From Acidobacteriota bacterium (lineage in GTDB: Bacteria; Acidobacteriota; Vicinamibacteria; Vicinamibacterales; 2-12-FULL-66-21): DNA of 59,155 nucleotides. Below the pieces are notes generated by a model that was given only the letters and a program-made list of their open reading frames with translations, was not told the DNA's origin and made no database searches. The translations under genes and the position numbers were made by a program. Within the stretch, counting starts at the first letter, position 1. Each line of letters starts with the position of its first letter. The DNA is taken from contig JBBWZJ010000208.1 in NCBI GenBank assembly GCA_039648985.1, forward strand, positions 1-59,155, given 5' to 3'. Below, in pieces: positions 49,933 through 59,155 of this stretch.

Positions 49933-51279
49933 CTAGTCCACCGGCGTCGATGCGGCCTTCCGCTTCGCATCCTTCTGGATCACCTGCAGCAGGCGCGCGT
50001 AGACAGGATCTCTGGGGACACATCCGGCCGCGTACTGGCCAAGCTCGTTGCCTTTCGCGCGCATCAGCGTCGTGCAGTAACTCACCGTGATGCATGCCTT
50101 CCGCTTGTCCATCTGCACGTCGTTGGCGAAGTCAGGATAGGCGATGGCGCCGCGTCCGAGACCCACGAGGGACACGCCTCCCGCGCGGAGGTTCGCTTCG
50201 CCGGCTTCCAGAGCAAAATGGCGCAGGTAGCTGTATCCCGTGCCCACGACTGGTAGGTCCGGGCACGCGCGCTGAGCCGCGTCGGCAAGCCGAAAATGGC
50301 GCTCCACCCCGACGAGCCCCGGCTCCGGCGCGGCGTATCCGTCCGGCGGCTCGCGGTCGGCCGGGCGGCCGACATGAGGATTGAAATACGGGCAGCCGGC
50401 GGTCACGTTGACGAGCTGAAGTCCCGCATCCCGATACATGCGCAGCGCGTCGAGCGCCTCATCGAGCTCCAGATAATTTTCCGTCGCGCCCGGCACCGGC
50501 TCTCCGGCGCCGCTGATTGGATTTTTGGCATACGGGACGCCGTCGAAGAAGTTCATGCGCGTGGCGCGAATCAGGTCGGGCGCCTCGCTCGCAAGCCGCC
50601 CGAGGAGCTCGCGCACGAAGCGCGTCCGGTTCTCGAGGCTGCCGCCGTACTTCCCCGGACGGGTCTTCGCCGCGAGCATCTCCGAGAGCAGGTACCTGTG
50701 GCACTGCTTGATGTCCACGAAGTCCACGCCGATGTCGCGCGCACGGAGCGCGGCCGCGACGTAGCGATCCTGCAGCCGATCGAGCTCCCCGTCCGTCATG
50801 ATCCGGGCATTGTTCCGCAGTGCCGGGTCGTGGAAGAGAACCGCGGGTGAGGGATACGACCACCGGCCGGAATGTGTGAGCTGCAGCCCGATCAGGCACG
50901 TGTCGGCGCCGGGGCCGTACTCCTTGCGCGCGAGGGCGATGAGACGCTCGAGCGCCGGCAGATTCTGTTCCGACAGGAGGAGCTGACGGGTGTTGGCGCG
51001 CGCGTCAGGGTCGAATGCGATCGCCTCGCCCCAGAGGAGCTTCGCGCCGCCGCTCGCGAAACGGATCCACCGGCGAAACGTCAGCTCGTCCGGCGCCCCG
51101 TCGAGCGTGCCGTCGCACCCCTCCATCGGGTGGATCGCGAAGCGGTTGGCGACGGTCCGTCCGCCGATGCGAAGCGGCGTGAGAGCGGTTCTGATGTCCG
51201 GCTCGAGCCGGATCTGCACACCCAGCCGGGCAATCTCTGCTTCGAGCGCCGCCCGATTTGCGAACACCGCAGTGCTCAC
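49933..51279 (-). CDS. NADH:flavin oxidoreductase (old yellow enzyme family)
   Basis: NRFAIHPMEG, QLTHSGR, HRYLLSE, YGGSLENRTR. Confidence 0.9.
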   Translation of the reverse strand: MSTAVFANRAALEAEIARLGVQIRLEPDIRTALTPLRIGGRTVANRFAIHPMEGCDGTLDGAPDELTFRRWIRFASGGAKLLWGEAIAFDPDARANTRQLLLSEQNLPALERLIALARKEYGPGADTCLIGLQLTHSGRWSYPSPAVLFHDPALRNNARIMTDGELDRLQDRYVAAALRARDIGVDFVDIKQCHRYLLSEMLAAKTRPGKYGGSLENRTRFVRELLGRLASEAPDLIRATRMNFFDGVPYAKNPISGAGEPVPGATENYLELDEALDALRMYRDAGLQLVNVTAGCPYFNPHVGRPADREPPDGYAAPEPGLVGVERHFRLADAAQRACPDLPVVGTGYSYLRHFALEAGEANLRAGGVSLVGLGRGAIAYPDFANDVQMDKRKACITVSYCTTLMRAKGNELGQYAAGCVPRDPVYARLLQVIQKDAKRKAASTPVD

Positions 51280-51357
51280 GCGCAGGTCACCACGTCCATC
51301 GTTTCGTGTCTCCAGAATGGTTGCTGTCAGGTCGGGCGGTCCGGGTCAAACCGGTAC

Positions 51358-51518
51358 GTAGGCCGGAGCTTTAGCTCCGGCGGCAGCCACAGAGTATTGC
51401 GGCACTCCGGTGAAAGATCAACACCGGCCGCGCCGCGCAGCTAAAGCTGCGCGCTACGTACGTAGCGCCGGAGCTTTGGCTCCGGCGGCGGTACGTAGGC
51501 CGGAGCTTTAGCTCCGGC
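51358..51518. repeat. REP cluster (4 copies)
   Basis: GTAGGCCGGAGCTTTAGCTCCGGC at 51358 and 51495, variant at 51462, inverted variant 51435-51457. Confidence 0.88.
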
Positions 51519-51522
51519 GGAT

Positions 51523-54500
51523 TCACCGCTCGACGGAGCGCTGCGGCTGCAGATGCGTGAGCGCAGGCTCCGGCTCGCGGACGGTCCGGCGGCCCTGCAG
51601 CCGTTCCTGCAGCTTCTCCATGTAGATGTAGAAGACCGGCGTGACGTAGAGCGTCAGCGTCTGTGAGACGAGCAGGCCGCCGACGACGGAGAGGCCAAGA
51701 GGACGCCGGGCCTCGGCGCCCGCGCCCCAGCCGAGCGCGATCGGCAGCGTGCCCATCAGGGCGGCCATCGTCGTCATCATGATTGGCCGGAACCGCACGA
51801 GGCAGGCCTCGTAAATGGCATCGGCGGCGCTCAGCTGCCGCTCGCGGCGCGCGTCGATCGCAAAGTCGATCATCATGATCCCGTTTTTCTTGACCAGACC
51901 GACGAGCATGATGACGCCGACGAATGCGTAGATGTTCAGATCCTGCTTGAAGATCAGCAGCGTGAGCAGCGCGCCGAAGCCAGCCGAGGGCAGGCCCGAA
52001 AGAATCGTGATCGGGTGGATGAAGCTCTCGTAGAGGATCCCGAGCACGACGTAGATGACGAAGATGGCGAGGGCGAGCACCCAGCCGAGGCCCCGCATCG
52101 ACTCTTCGAACGCCTGGGCGGTCCCCTGGAAGCTGCCGGTGATCGTGCCCGGCAGCGTGGTGCGCGCGAGCTCCTGCACCCGCGCCGCAGCGTCGCCGAG
52201 CGCGACGCCCGGCTTGAGATTGAACGACAGCGTGACCGAGGGCAGCTGGCTGATGTGGTTGATCGACTGGGGGCCGACGGTCTGCCGCGTGGTCGCCACC
52301 GCCGACAGCGGCACGAGCTTGTTACCCGTGGCCTGCACGTACAGCATCGACAGCGCCGCCGGATCGCGCTGGAACTGCGGCGCGACCTGCATGATCACCT
52401 GGTATTCGTCTTCCGGCGCGTAGATCTGCGACACCTGACGCGTGCCGTACGCCGAGTTCAGTGCGAGCTGCACCTGATCCACAGTGAGTCCAAGTGCCGC
52501 AATCTGCTCGCGATCCAGATCGACCGACAACTGCGGATTCCGCACCTGCAGGTCTGACGTGACGTCCTGCAGCCCTTCGACGTTGCGCAGCGCGGCTTCG
52601 AACTGCGGCGCGAATTTGTACAGTTCGTCCGTGTCCGGCCCCTGCAGCGCGAACTGGTACTGGCTGCGGGACATCATGCCGCCGATGCGGATCGCCGGCG
52701 GGTTCGTGAGGAACACGCGCACTCCGGCCACCGACGCCAGCTTCGGCCGCAGCTCCTCGATGATCTCGTCCGCGGTCAGCTTCCGCTGATTGCGAGGCTT
52801 GAGATCGATGTCCAGCCGCCCGCCGCCCATCCCGCCGATGTTCGCCGTGTACGCCGCAACGTTCGGATCGTTCGCCAGGATGTTGATGACTTCGAGGTTG
52901 TGCTTGACCGCTTCGTCGAACCCGATCCCCTGGATCGTTTCGATCTGGCCGCCCACCTGCCCGGTGTCGACGCTCGGAATGAAGCCGGTGGGCACGACCC
53001 GGAACAGGTACACGGTGCCCGCCAGCAGCAGGAACGAGATCACCATCGTGATCCCCTTGAACCGGATCGTCTGCCGCAGCGTCCAGCCGTAGCTGTTCAC
53101 CCACGCATCGAACACGCGCTCGATGCCGTTGTACAGCCGCCCGTGACTGACCGAATGCGGCGCCTTGAGGAACCGGCTGCAGAGCATCGGGGTAAGCGTC
53201 AGCGACACCAGCCCGGAGACCAGGATGGACGACGCGATCGTGACGGCGAACTCGTGCATCAGCCGGCCGACGATCCCGCCCATGAACAGGATCGGGATGA
53301 AGACGGCCGCGAGCGACAACGTCATCGACACGATTGTGAAGGCGATCTCGGCCGAGCCGTCGAGCGCCGCCTGCATCCTCGTCTTGCCCATCTCCATGTG
53401 CCGGACGATGTTCTCCAGCATGACGATGGCGTCGTCCACGACGAACCCGACCGAGAGCGTGAGCGCCATCAGCGACAGGTTGTCGATGCTGTACCCGCAC
53501 GCCCACATCACCGCAAACGTGCCCACGATGGAAAACGGCAGCGCAAGGCTCGGGATGATCGTGGCCGACAGGTTCCTCAGGAACAGGAAAATGACGAGGA
53601 CGACGAGGGCGATCGTGAGTTGCAGCGTGAACTTGACGTCGTCCACCGACTCGCGGATCGAGACGGATCGATCGCTCCGGATGGCGAGCTGAATCGGGGC
53701 GGGCAACTGCGCCGTGAGCTCGGGCAGCAGCTGCTTGATCGCATCGACGACTTCGACAGTATTCGTGCCCGGCTGACGCTGGATCGCGAGATAGATCGCA
53801 CGCGTGCCGTTGTACCAGCTGACGTTCCGCTCGTTCTCGACGCCGGCGTACACGTGGGCGACTTCATCGAGCCGGACCGGGCTGCCGTTACGATACGCAA
53901 CGACGATGTCCTTGTAGCCTCCGGCATCGAGGAGCTGCCCCTGCGCCTGCACGACATAGTTACGGTTCGGACCGTAGAGGGTCCCTGTCGGACGGTTTGA
54001 ATTCGCGCCCGAGATGGCCTGGGCGACCTGGTCTACACCGACAAGGCGCGAGGCGAGCTGCATTGGGTCGAGGTCGATGCGAACCGCAGGCTTCTGCGCG
54101 CCGAACACGTTGACCTGCGCCACACCCGTGACGGTGGAGAGGCGCTGTGCGAGCACTGTCTCCGCATAGCGATCCACCTGCGGCAGCGGGAGCGTGGCCG
54201 AGCTCAGCACCAGAAAGAACACGGGCGCGTCCGCCGGGTTGGTTTTCTGGAACGACGGCGGCGACGGCATGCCGGGCGGAAGGCTCCGCTGCGCGCGGGC
54301 GATCGTGGCCTGCACGTCCTGCGCGGCGGAGTCGATGTCGCGGCTCAAATCGAACTGCAGGGTGATGCTGGTCTGCCCCTGCGAGCTGCGCGAACTGATC
54401 GACGTGATGCCCGAGATGGTTGAGAACTGCTTTTCGAGCGGCGTCGCGACCGACGAGGCCATGGTCTCGGGGCTGGCGCCCGGGAGACCCGCACCGACCT

Positions 54501-54636
54501 GAATGGTGGGGAAATCAACGGTAGGCAGATCGCTGACCGGCAGCAGCCGGTAGCCCATCACACCGAAGATGAGGATCGTCGTGACGAGCAGGGTGGTCGC
54601 GACCGGCCGCTTGATGAATGGTTCCGCAACGTTCAT
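51523..54636 (-). CDS. RND efflux permease (MdtB/MdtC-like)
   Basis: FIKRPVAT, GFVVDDAIV, GLVKKNGI, RFRPIMMT; 1037 aa. Confidence 0.95.
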   Translation of the reverse strand: MNVAEPFIKRPVATTLLVTTILIFGVMGYRLLPVSDLPTVDFPTIQVGAGLPGASPETMASSVATPLEKQFSTISGITSISSRSSQGQTSITLQFDLSRDIDSAAQDVQATIARAQRSLPPGMPSPPSFQKTNPADAPVFFLVLSSATLPLPQVDRYAETVLAQRLSTVTGVAQVNVFGAQKPAVRIDLDPMQLASRLVGVDQVAQAISGANSNRPTGTLYGPNRNYVVQAQGQLLDAGGYKDIVVAYRNGSPVRLDEVAHVYAGVENERNVSWYNGTRAIYLAIQRQPGTNTVEVVDAIKQLLPELTAQLPAPIQLAIRSDRSVSIRESVDDVKFTLQLTIALVVLVIFLFLRNLSATIIPSLALPFSIVGTFAVMWACGYSIDNLSLMALTLSVGFVVDDAIVMLENIVRHMEMGKTRMQAALDGSAEIAFTIVSMTLSLAAVFIPILFMGGIVGRLMHEFAVTIASSILVSGLVSLTLTPMLCSRFLKAPHSVSHGRLYNGIERVFDAWVNSYGWTLRQTIRFKGITMVISFLLLAGTVYLFRVVPTGFIPSVDTGQVGGQIETIQGIGFDEAVKHNLEVINILANDPNVAAYTANIGGMGGGRLDIDLKPRNQRKLTADEIIEELRPKLASVAGVRVFLTNPPAIRIGGMMSRSQYQFALQGPDTDELYKFAPQFEAALRNVEGLQDVTSDLQVRNPQLSVDLDREQIAALGLTVDQVQLALNSAYGTRQVSQIYAPEDEYQVIMQVAPQFQRDPAALSMLYVQATGNKLVPLSAVATTRQTVGPQSINHISQLPSVTLSFNLKPGVALGDAAARVQELARTTLPGTITGSFQGTAQAFEESMRGLGWVLALAIFVIYVVLGILYESFIHPITILSGLPSAGFGALLTLLIFKQDLNIYAFVGVIMLVGLVKKNGIMMIDFAIDARRERQLSAADAIYEACLVRFRPIMMTTMAALMGTLPIALGWGAGAEARRPLGLSVVGGLLVSQTLTLYVTPVFYIYMEKLQERLQGRRTVREPEPALTHLQPQRSVER

Positions 54637-55997
54637 GATGTGCCCCCGCTACGCCGTCCCCCCGCGCCTTGCGCGGGCGCGCCCTCGCCGCCCTGTCCAC
54701 CCTGTCGGCCCCGGCCGGCACCTGTCCCACCGCGTCCCCGTCCACCAGAATCCGCCGCCGTCGTGACGCGCGCACCGGGCGTCAGGCGCAGATGACCGTC
54801 AGTGACGACCTCCTCTCCTGCCGTGAGCCCCTGCGCGATGACCGTCTCCTCACCCTGCTGGCGATCGACCTGCACATTGCGCATTTCCGCGGTGCGGTCG
54901 GGTTTGATGACGTACACGTACGTGCCCTGCTGCGACTCCTGCACGGCGGTGGCCGGCACGACAAGCGCGTTCGCGTCTGTTGTCAGCAGCAGCGTGACCT
55001 GCACGAACAGGCCCGGCCAGAGACTGTGGCTGGTGTTTGGAAACGTGGCTTTCAGCTTGATGGTGCCGGTCGTCGGGTCGACAGCATTGTCGATGAAACT
55101 GACGACCCCTTGTTCGGGCGGCGGGGCCGAGGGCCCGCTCGGCAGTGCCGCCGGTCTCGGCGCGTCCCCGGGCCGTGCGTCCGGCGTGCCGACCGCGATT
55201 TGCGTCGGCCCTGTCGGGCTGCCCTGGAGTCTCGCCTGCACCTTGAGGGACCGCTGCGCCTGATAGCGACGGATGTCACCGAGAAACCGGCCCGGCACCG
55301 AGAAGCCCACATAAATTGGCGCCATCTGATTGATGACGAGGAGCGGCGTGGTGTCGTTCTGCCGGACCAGGTCCCCCTGGTGGACCGTCAGCGCACCGGC
55401 GCGGCCGGAAATCGGCGCCGAAATGCTCGTGTACTGAAGATTGAGCTGCGCGGTCTCGACAGCGGCCTGATCGGCGGCCAGCGTGGACTGCTGCGCCGAG
55501 GCCGTCGCTGCCTGGGTTTCGTACTGATCGCGCGGAATCAAGCCGCGCTTGTACAAGTCCTCGTACCGCGCCTGCTGCGACTGGGAATTCTTCGCGGTTG
55601 CTGTATCGCGCGCCAGTACGGCCTGAGCCTGCTGGAGTGCCGCCTGGAACGGACGGGGATCGATCGTGAAGAGCAGCTGCCCCTTCCGGACCTCCTGCCC
55701 CTCGGCGAAATGGATTCCACTCAGCTGTCCCGTAACCTGGGCGCGGACCTGGACCGTCTGGAGTGCCTCTGCCGTGCCCACGGCAGGGATGGTGACCGGG
55801 ATGGCCTTCTTCTGCACGCGTCCGGTGACGACCGGGACCGGACCGCCACCGCCCCGACCGCCGCGTCCCCCGCCGCCCCCGGCGCCCGCAGGCGACGCAC
55901 CGCCGGTCCCAGGCTCAGCCGCCTTCTGCGAGGAACAGGCCGTGACCAGCACGATCAGGAGGCTGGCGGCAAGAAGGCGCTTCGTTTTTCTGGGCAT
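54633..55997 (-). CDS. RND efflux periplasmic adaptor (MdtA-like lipoprotein)
   Basis: VTAC lipobox, EGQEVRKGQLL, APISG, DPTTGT; start 55997 or 56033 (track extension to 56756 rejected). Confidence 0.9.
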   Translation of the reverse strand: MPRKTKRLLAASLLIVLVTACSSQKAAEPGTGGASPAGAGGGGGRGGRGGGGPVPVVTGRVQKKAIPVTIPAVGTAEALQTVQVRAQVTGQLSGIHFAEGQEVRKGQLLFTIDPRPFQAALQQAQAVLARDTATAKNSQSQQARYEDLYKRGLIPRDQYETQAATASAQQSTLAADQAAVETAQLNLQYTSISAPISGRAGALTVHQGDLVRQNDTTPLLVINQMAPIYVGFSVPGRFLGDIRRYQAQRSLKVQARLQGSPTGPTQIAVGTPDARPGDAPRPAALPSGPSAPPPEQGVVSFIDNAVDPTTGTIKLKATFPNTSHSLWPGLFVQVTLLLTTDANALVVPATAVQESQQGTYVYVIKPDRTAEMRNVQVDRQQGEETVIAQGLTAGEEVVTDGHLRLTPGARVTTAADSGGRGRGGTGAGRGRQGGQGGEGAPAQGAGGRRSGGTS

Positions 55998-56218
55998 CAA
56001 GGCACAAGGGGACAAGAATGGAGCGGCATCCATATAAACGACACCGGTCCGCGACGCGTTTACCGTCGAACGGCGTGGCGACCGGTGACCGGGGACGTGC
56101 CGCCGGAGAGCTGCCGCGAGCACGCAAAACCAGCCCTGTACGATAACACGCGGCGGACGGCAGGATCGGGTGGAGAGTGGCCCGTGCCGCGCGACGGCCG
56201 GGCCACCGTGCAGAAGAG

Positions 56219-59080
56219 TTAGCGGGTGCCGACGCTCCGCGGCGTTTCGTACAGCCGCAGCCGTTCGACCGACCATGGGGCATCCGCCGCGGCGGCGGTT
56301 TGTGTAATGCGGACGAATTTCGCCCGTGTCGGAGTGAAGTTTACGTCCGTGCGGCTCCCAGTGCCTTTGCCCTCCGCCAGGGGCTTGCTCCAGGTCGTGC
56401 CGTCCAGCGATAGCTGGACCTGGTATGCGCGCGGGAATCCCGGCAGCAGTGCGGGCGGGGGTGGCGCGCCGGGAGCGCCGCGGCCGCCGAATCCGCTGCG
56501 TGTGGGAGCGCCGGGAACCGCCGGCTCGGTCGCGAGCGGCACGGCGCTCGACAGGAACTCGACTTCCGTCAGCTGCACGGGCTGGGGCAATTCGATCTGG
56601 AGCCACATCCCGGCGTGTTGCGGGCCACCGGAGGTCCATGGGCGGATCGTCAGCGCATCGGACGCTGTCGCGGTGTTGTGGCTCGCCGTGAGCTTCCATC
56701 CCGAGTCCACGACGACGAGCCGCGGCAGCGAAGCCTCGAGCTCCGCGGTCGACCACGGGGTCTTGCGTCCCGCCGTCGCGGCGCGCGCGCGGGCTACGTC
56801 AGCCGCGGCGATGAGCGCGGCACGGTTGCCGAAGGCGTTGCGGATGTACGAGCCGATGGCGGCGACCCATTCGTCCGGGCTCTGCCCCATCGGCACCATG
56901 ACCTCGGCGTACGTCGTGCCGTTCACAGGGCCTGTGAGCCCGTGCAGCAGCGTCTTGATCACATAGTCCTGGTGCCCCGTCACTCGCGGAGACGAGGCGA
57001 GCGCAGGCGCTCGCGTGGCGCCGGGGGCTCCGCCCGGCATGGGCTCCCCGCGTCCGTCGTCCGCGTGGCAGGCGAAACAGACTTCCTTGTAGATCGCCTG
57101 TCCCTTGTCGAGGACCGCCTGTTCAGCAGGCGTGAAAGGCGCCACGGCGCCGAGACCGCCTCCGCGCCCGGCTGTCGCGGGAGGATTCAGGATGGTGCCG
57201 GCCACGAGCTGCACGCCCCGGGCCTTGTTCGTCTCGAGTGCGGCCTTGATCGCCGCCGGCGCGTCGGGCACCTTCAGCGTGTTGAGCGTCATGATGGCCT
57301 GCATCGCGACTTCGACATCCGCGTCCTTGACCCGGGCCTTGTAGTCGGTCGCGAGGGTGCGGTCGCCGGCTTTGTAGACGGTTTCGCTCGCGCGAATAGC
57401 CTGGATGCGGATCTGCGGATCGCGATCTTCCATGAGTTCCCGCAGCAGCGCCGCGTCGGCGGATGCGAGCCCCTCGAGTGTCCAGATCGCGTGGATCCGG
57501 GCAAGTTGATTCGAATCGGCGCGCGCCATCTGCCGCAGCGCCGGCACCACCGCCTTGTCCTGCTCGAGAACGAGCAGCTGCTGCGCCGTGTCGCGCCACC
57601 ACCCGTTCGGATCCGACAGGTGAGCGACAAGCTGCGCCGCGCTTTCGTTCAGCATGCGGGGCGCATCCGTGCGCCTGCCCATTCCTTCGTACGTGAGCCG
57701 CCAGATCCGCCCGTGCCGCACGACCTTGTCGAGGCTGTATTGCTCGATCCTCGAGCGCAGGTACGTGCCGGGTCCCGACCACTGCGATTCCTGGATGATG
57801 CCTCGATACATGTCCGTGATGTAGAGCGTGCCGTCGGGCGCCGTCGTGACATCGACAGGACGGAAGAGCGGGTCCGTGGATCGCAGGAACTCGGAAAGGG
57901 GGTAGACGTTGCGCAGCTGCGTGAGCCCCTCCGTTTTCACCGGATGCAGGCGACGGACGATTCGAGCGACGGCCTCGCCGTAGAAATAGTCACCGACCAT
58001 CTCCGCCGGCAGTCGATCGCCGCGAAACACATCGTTGCCCGCCCCCGCGGTCGCGCGCGCCAGAGACCCGTCAGGCATGCGCGTGGCGTTCATCCCGCCC
58101 TGCATGTCGGCGATGAGCACCGGGGCACCCCAGGTGATGTTGAGATCGGGCTCGAACTGTTCGGGATAGGCGAAGTTGCCGTACTCGATCGGAAGCTGGA
58201 AATACCCGGGCATCCCGCTCGCTCCGGCCTGGAACCAGATCTTCCCGTAATTGTCCTGCGTCGTGCCCCACTGGCCGCCGTTCGACCCGGTCGGTTCGCG
58301 CAGCACGCCGCCGGGCGTCCAGCGGACGCGCGCGGAATTGATCGTGCTGTAAATCCAGTTGTCGAGGCCCCATGTGAATCCGCTTTCCTGGTGTTCGACG
58401 TTCAGCAGCCGTCCGAGCCCGGACGCGAAGAGCTCCTTCTTGTCCGCCGTGCCGTCGCCATTCGTATCCGTGAACTTCCACACGTCGTCTGAATTCGATT
58501 CCTTGGTCAGAATCGCATTCGGTCCGAAGGGCAGCACGAACCTCGGAAAGATCAGCCGATCGACGAACACATGATGGGTCTCGTAGACACCGTCGTTGTC
58601 GCGATCTTCGTGGACGGAGATCCGTCCGACAGGATCGAGCTCGCCGGCGGCGTCGGCGTTCTGCATGTACCCGCGCAGCTCCAGCACGAACATCCGGCCG
58701 TTGCCGTCGAACGCGATTTGCGCGGACTCCTCGATGTCGGGATCCGTGAGCACCGGCTCGAGCTTGAAGCCGGGCGGCAGCAGGAACTTCTTTGCTTCCT
58801 CCGCAGGGGTCAGCGGGAGCACCGGCCGCTTCTTCGAAAAATCGGGCTCCATCATGGAAGCGCCGCGGCCCTGGCCGGCCGGCGTGCCGGGAGGCGCGAT
58901 GCCACCCTGCGGGCTGGCCGGCGGCGGAGCCTGTGGCGTCGTTACCAATTCAGCCGGGGGAGGTGTCGCCGGCTGGCTGGCCGGCGCGGGACTCTGAGCG
59001 ACCAATGACAGCGTCGCCGCGGCGAGCGCGATGCCGAGGAGGAGCGAGACCCGCCGGACGCGAGCACGGGAGATGGCCAT
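56219..59080 (-). CDS. PVC-type membrane-bound dehydrogenase-like propeller + HEAT + cytochrome c + F5/8 discoidin protein
   Basis: LPPGFKLE, FRPVD..PDGTLYITDMY, HEAT repeats, CFACH, C-terminal discoidin (SLDGTTW, AKFVRITQ); alternative GTG start at 59113. Confidence 0.85.
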   Translation of the reverse strand: MAISRARVRRVSLLLGIALAAATLSLVAQSPAPASQPATPPPAELVTTPQAPPPASPQGGIAPPGTPAGQGRGASMMEPDFSKKRPVLPLTPAEEAKKFLLPPGFKLEPVLTDPDIEESAQIAFDGNGRMFVLELRGYMQNADAAGELDPVGRISVHEDRDNDGVYETHHVFVDRLIFPRFVLPFGPNAILTKESNSDDVWKFTDTNGDGTADKKELFASGLGRLLNVEHQESGFTWGLDNWIYSTINSARVRWTPGGVLREPTGSNGGQWGTTQDNYGKIWFQAGASGMPGYFQLPIEYGNFAYPEQFEPDLNITWGAPVLIADMQGGMNATRMPDGSLARATAGAGNDVFRGDRLPAEMVGDYFYGEAVARIVRRLHPVKTEGLTQLRNVYPLSEFLRSTDPLFRPVDVTTAPDGTLYITDMYRGIIQESQWSGPGTYLRSRIEQYSLDKVVRHGRIWRLTYEGMGRRTDAPRMLNESAAQLVAHLSDPNGWWRDTAQQLLVLEQDKAVVPALRQMARADSNQLARIHAIWTLEGLASADAALLRELMEDRDPQIRIQAIRASETVYKAGDRTLATDYKARVKDADVEVAMQAIMTLNTLKVPDAPAAIKAALETNKARGVQLVAGTILNPPATAGRGGGLGAVAPFTPAEQAVLDKGQAIYKEVCFACHADDGRGEPMPGGAPGATRAPALASSPRVTGHQDYVIKTLLHGLTGPVNGTTYAEVMVPMGQSPDEWVAAIGSYIRNAFGNRAALIAAADVARARAATAGRKTPWSTAELEASLPRLVVVDSGWKLTASHNTATASDALTIRPWTSGGPQHAGMWLQIELPQPVQLTEVEFLSSAVPLATEPAVPGAPTRSGFGGRGAPGAPPPPALLPGFPRAYQVQLSLDGTTWSKPLAEGKGTGSRTDVNFTPTRAKFVRITQTAAAADAPWSVERLRLYETPRSVGTR

Positions 59081-59155
59081 GGCGTTGACTCTTTCGGAAC
59101 GGGAGATGGACACGGAGGGTGCGCGACTGACGAGCGACGCGTCGATGCCGGAGCG

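Noticed and set aside
55998-56756. N-terminal extension of the 707-aa RND adaptor ORF
   Set aside because: Overlaps the 56219 gene and precedes the lipoprotein signal; not protein-like

Overview
High-GC bacterial chromosomal window, most likely Acidobacteriota (Vicinamibacterales-like). This is inferred from an ADOP permease, an acido-empty-quinoprotein-type dehydrogenase, and planctomycete-type cytochrome/DUF1501 genes. About 47 protein-coding genes are supported. They include Tat-exported sugar/amide catabolic enzymes, TRAP and sugar ABC transporters, a PSCyt/PSD1-DUF1501 pair, rodZ, a membrane HD-GYP/GAF/GGDEF protein, a thrC-thrA-ilvA operon with a clear Thr/Ile leader-peptide attenuator, a sigma54 activator, an ebo cluster lacking eboA, a quinoprotein/diheme cytochrome pair, an RND efflux pair and a PVC-type heme protein. 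No rRNA, tRNA, CRISPR array or transposase was seen. The main unexplained signals are: (1) two orphan response regulators, each followed by a small protein, the two small proteins sharing an unannotated 38-aa Cys-containing coiled-coil motif (one fused to a wHTH-like domain and followed by a SpoIIAA-like protein); (2) the attenuated operon with a plant-type threonine synthase and no thrB; (3) three intergenic heptamer/octamer repeat elements; (4) a GTAG-REP family; (5) many apparently leaderless genes and tiny translationally coupled uORFs. All family assignments come from motif recognition by eye, not database searches.
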